A DNA stretch of 27,339 bases from a virus (Duplodnaviria > Caudoviricetes), in IMG/VR virus record IMGVR_UViG_3300017988_000027, positions 1 to 27,339 of that record; one strand, 5' to 3'. Below the pieces are notes generated by a model. The model did no database searches. It was not told the DNA's origin and saw only the letters and a program-made list of their open reading frames with translations. Below are positions 25,680 to 27,339 of this stretch, piece after piece (position 1 is the stretch's first letter; each line of letters begins with the position of its first letter). The position numbers and the translations under genes were made by a program.

Positions 25680-26555
25680 ATGGAGTTTAAAGCAGAGAAG
25701 GGAATTCAAAAACAGGCAGACTTTTTGGTGGTCTACGGGAATCCCGGCTTAGGTAAGTCCACTTTTGCGAGCGGCGCACCTAAACCAATTTTTATTGATC
25801 CCAGAAATCGGACAAGACACCTAAATGTTGATCGAGTTAATCCGAAAACATGGGAAGAATATTTGGAAATGGTTAAGTGGACTATCACGCAACCATACGA
25901 AACAATCGTATTAGATGAAATGAATTTCGTTGACCAGTTGGCGCAAGATTTTGTGTGGCGCAAACATTATTCAAAATACGAATCGTTTGCGTTGGCAAAA
26001 GAAAAGGGTGGCCAATATAATATTCTGAACGAACTTTATAAAACGGCGTTACTCCCATTATTTGATGAAATCCGAACAGCAAACAAAAATCTTGTGGTGG
26101 TGGCTCATCCAGAAGTCAAAGATTTTGCCGATCCATCCACAGCCGAAACTTATATTCGGTATCAGCTCGGATTAACCAACGGATTAAATGCCATGCTTAA
26201 GCGTTCTTGTGATGCTTTGATATTCATTAACAAGGACGTGTCAGTAACAACAGGCGAAAATAAGAGGGCAGTGGCTGGTGATGAAATTTATATGTTCTGC
26301 CAGTATCACCAGGCCTATGATGCCAAAAATTCATGGGATTTGCCCGCCAAAATCGAACTAAAGAAAAATGTTAATAATTGGAACGTATTTCAATCACTCA
26401 AAATGGTTGAGTCTGTTTCTGGTTTATTAGCACAAATCGAAAATTTTATACCGATGTTTCCGGCTGACAAACAAGCCGAGATTAGAATTGCGTTGAAGGA
26501 TGCCGATTTGGCAAAACTTCAACGCATTTTGAAAAATTTAAGGGAGGCAGTATGA
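25680..26555 (+). CDS. sak4: Sak4-like AAA ATPase / single-strand annealing protein, 291 aa
   Basis: 'VVYGNPGLGKSTFA..AP.PIFID', 'YETIVLD', 'VVVAH', 'CDALIF', 'AYDAKN.W.LP'; GGAGG RBS. Confidence 0.85.
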   Translation: MEFKAEKGIQKQADFLVVYGNPGLGKSTFASGAPKPIFIDPRNRTRHLNVDRVNPKTWEEYLEMVKWTITQPYETIVLDEMNFVDQLAQDFVWRKHYSKYESFALAKEKGGQYNILNELYKTALLPLFDEIRTANKNLVVVAHPEVKDFADPSTAETYIRYQLGLTNGLNAMLKRSCDALIFINKDVSVTTGENKRAVAGDEIYMFCQYHQAYDAKNSWDLPAKIELKKNVNNWNVFQSLKMVESVSGLLAQIENFIPMFPADKQAEIRIALKDADLAKLQRILKNLREAV

Positions 26556-27013
26556 GTTTAAAACCGGGACAATACAAGGCTGTTCCTAGTAATTGGGGTT
26601 TTTCAAAAACACCAGAGAAGGGAACTGAGCAGATTTTTGTTGAAATGTTAATTGATGCTGGAGAATCAACAGAAACACTTACTTGGTTTGGGTATTTCAC
26701 AGATAAAGCCAAGGATCGTACCATTGAGACAATTTACAAACTTGGATTTAATGGTGATTTTGATGGATTGGCTTCTGGGCACGACACCAAAGCTCTCGAT
26801 ATTTCAAATCAAGTTATGGTGACAATTGAAAATGATACCTATGATGGCAAAGAAACATTTAAAATTAAATGGATCAATGCCATTGGAGAACAACACGGAA
26901 TTAAACGCCTTGATAAAGCCGAAGCTATGGCGATTATCAATAAGTTTAAAGGCGATATTATTTCTAAGAAACCAGTGTCGGTAAAGAAAAACAATACATT
27001 GGATTTAACATGA
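26552..27013 (+). CDS. SSB-like OB-fold protein (DUF669-like partner of Sak4), 153 aa
   Basis: ATGA overlap with sak4; 'L.PG.YKA', 'KGTEQI', 'V.VTIEND.Y.GK...KIKWIN'; GGAGG RBS. Confidence 0.7.
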   Translation: MSLKPGQYKAVPSNWGFSKTPEKGTEQIFVEMLIDAGESTETLTWFGYFTDKAKDRTIETIYKLGFNGDFDGLASGHDTKALDISNQVMVTIENDTYDGKETFKIKWINAIGEQHGIKRLDKAEAMAIINKFKGDIISKKPVSVKKNNTLDLT

Positions 27014-27339
27014 ACGAAAGCCAACCAATTCTAATAGATATACCGCAGAACACACCAGAATGGTTGGCTTGGAGAAAAACCGTGATCGGGGCGAGTGACA
27101 CGCCCATGATTATGGGATTATCAACACATGGCGATATGTTGGATGTGTTTATCGCCAAGGTATATGGCAAAGAAAATGAAAATAGTTTTATTCTTCAAAA
27201 GGGTCACGAGATTGAAGAAAAGGTTAGGGCGCAATATCAAATAACTAGCATTGGAGATTTTCCATCGATTTGTAAACAACGTGATTTTCTTGGTGCTAGT
27301 GCCGATGGATGGAACGAAGAGATTAAAAAGGGTTTAGAA
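27010..27339 (+). CDS. YqaJ/lambda-exonuclease family protein, 3'-truncated
   Basis: Not in the ORF track because there is no stop in the window. ATGA overlap; 'QNTPEWLAWRKTVIGASD...IMG', 'GHEIE', 'FLGASADG...GLE'. Confidence 0.92.
   Translation, partial: MNESQPILIDIPQNTPEWLAWRKTVIGASDTPMIMGLSTHGDMLDVFIAKVYGKENENSFILQKGHEIEEKVRAQYQITSIGDFPSICKQRDFLGASADGWNEEIKKGLE

Noticed and set aside
25386-25709. 107-aa minus-strand ORF containing MVGRAG, reminiscent of Ash/Icd-type ORFs overlapping C4 RNAs
   Set aside because: Antisense to a clear promoter and operon, no RBS, and the similarity is limited to a few residues; best treated as a by-product of the RNA stem.
1-27339. Stop-codon reassignment
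   Set aside because: Core genes are full length in the standard code, and TAA, TGA and TAG all serve as stops.

Overview
The whole window is part of a tailed dsDNA phage (or prophage) with a short-tailed podovirus gene set of the BPP-1/APSE-1/T7-portal type. Minus strand 18602->1: terS, an unusual ~600-bp non-coding spacer, terL, a small virion protein, portal, Bbp19-like protein, scaffold, major capsid, cement protein, three small genes, tail adaptor, an inserted IPT/TIG + Thr-rich protein with an apparent signal peptide, a large tail nozzle and three internal (ejection) proteins, the last running off the left edge. Plus strand 18782-20883: a strong sigma70-type promoter in an operator-like repeat array drives small early-type genes that share a repeated initiation cassette and include a ribbon-helix-helix protein near the end. 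Minus strand 25243->20872: SF2 helicase, VRR-NUC nuclease, TOPRIM primase-helicase and a small ORF. Plus strand 25299->end: a Cys-rich micro-protein, a second promoter, a ~200-nt structured non-coding leader, then a Sak4-like ATPase, an SSB-like protein and a YqaJ exonuclease (truncated). No tRNA, CRISPR array, integrase, reverse transcriptase or recoding is visible. The strongest leads are the structured RNA at 25455-25660, the exported-looking mucin-like gene in the tail module, an origin-like element between terS and terL, and three apparently leaderless transcripts. All family calls come from motifs recognised by eye, not from database searches.
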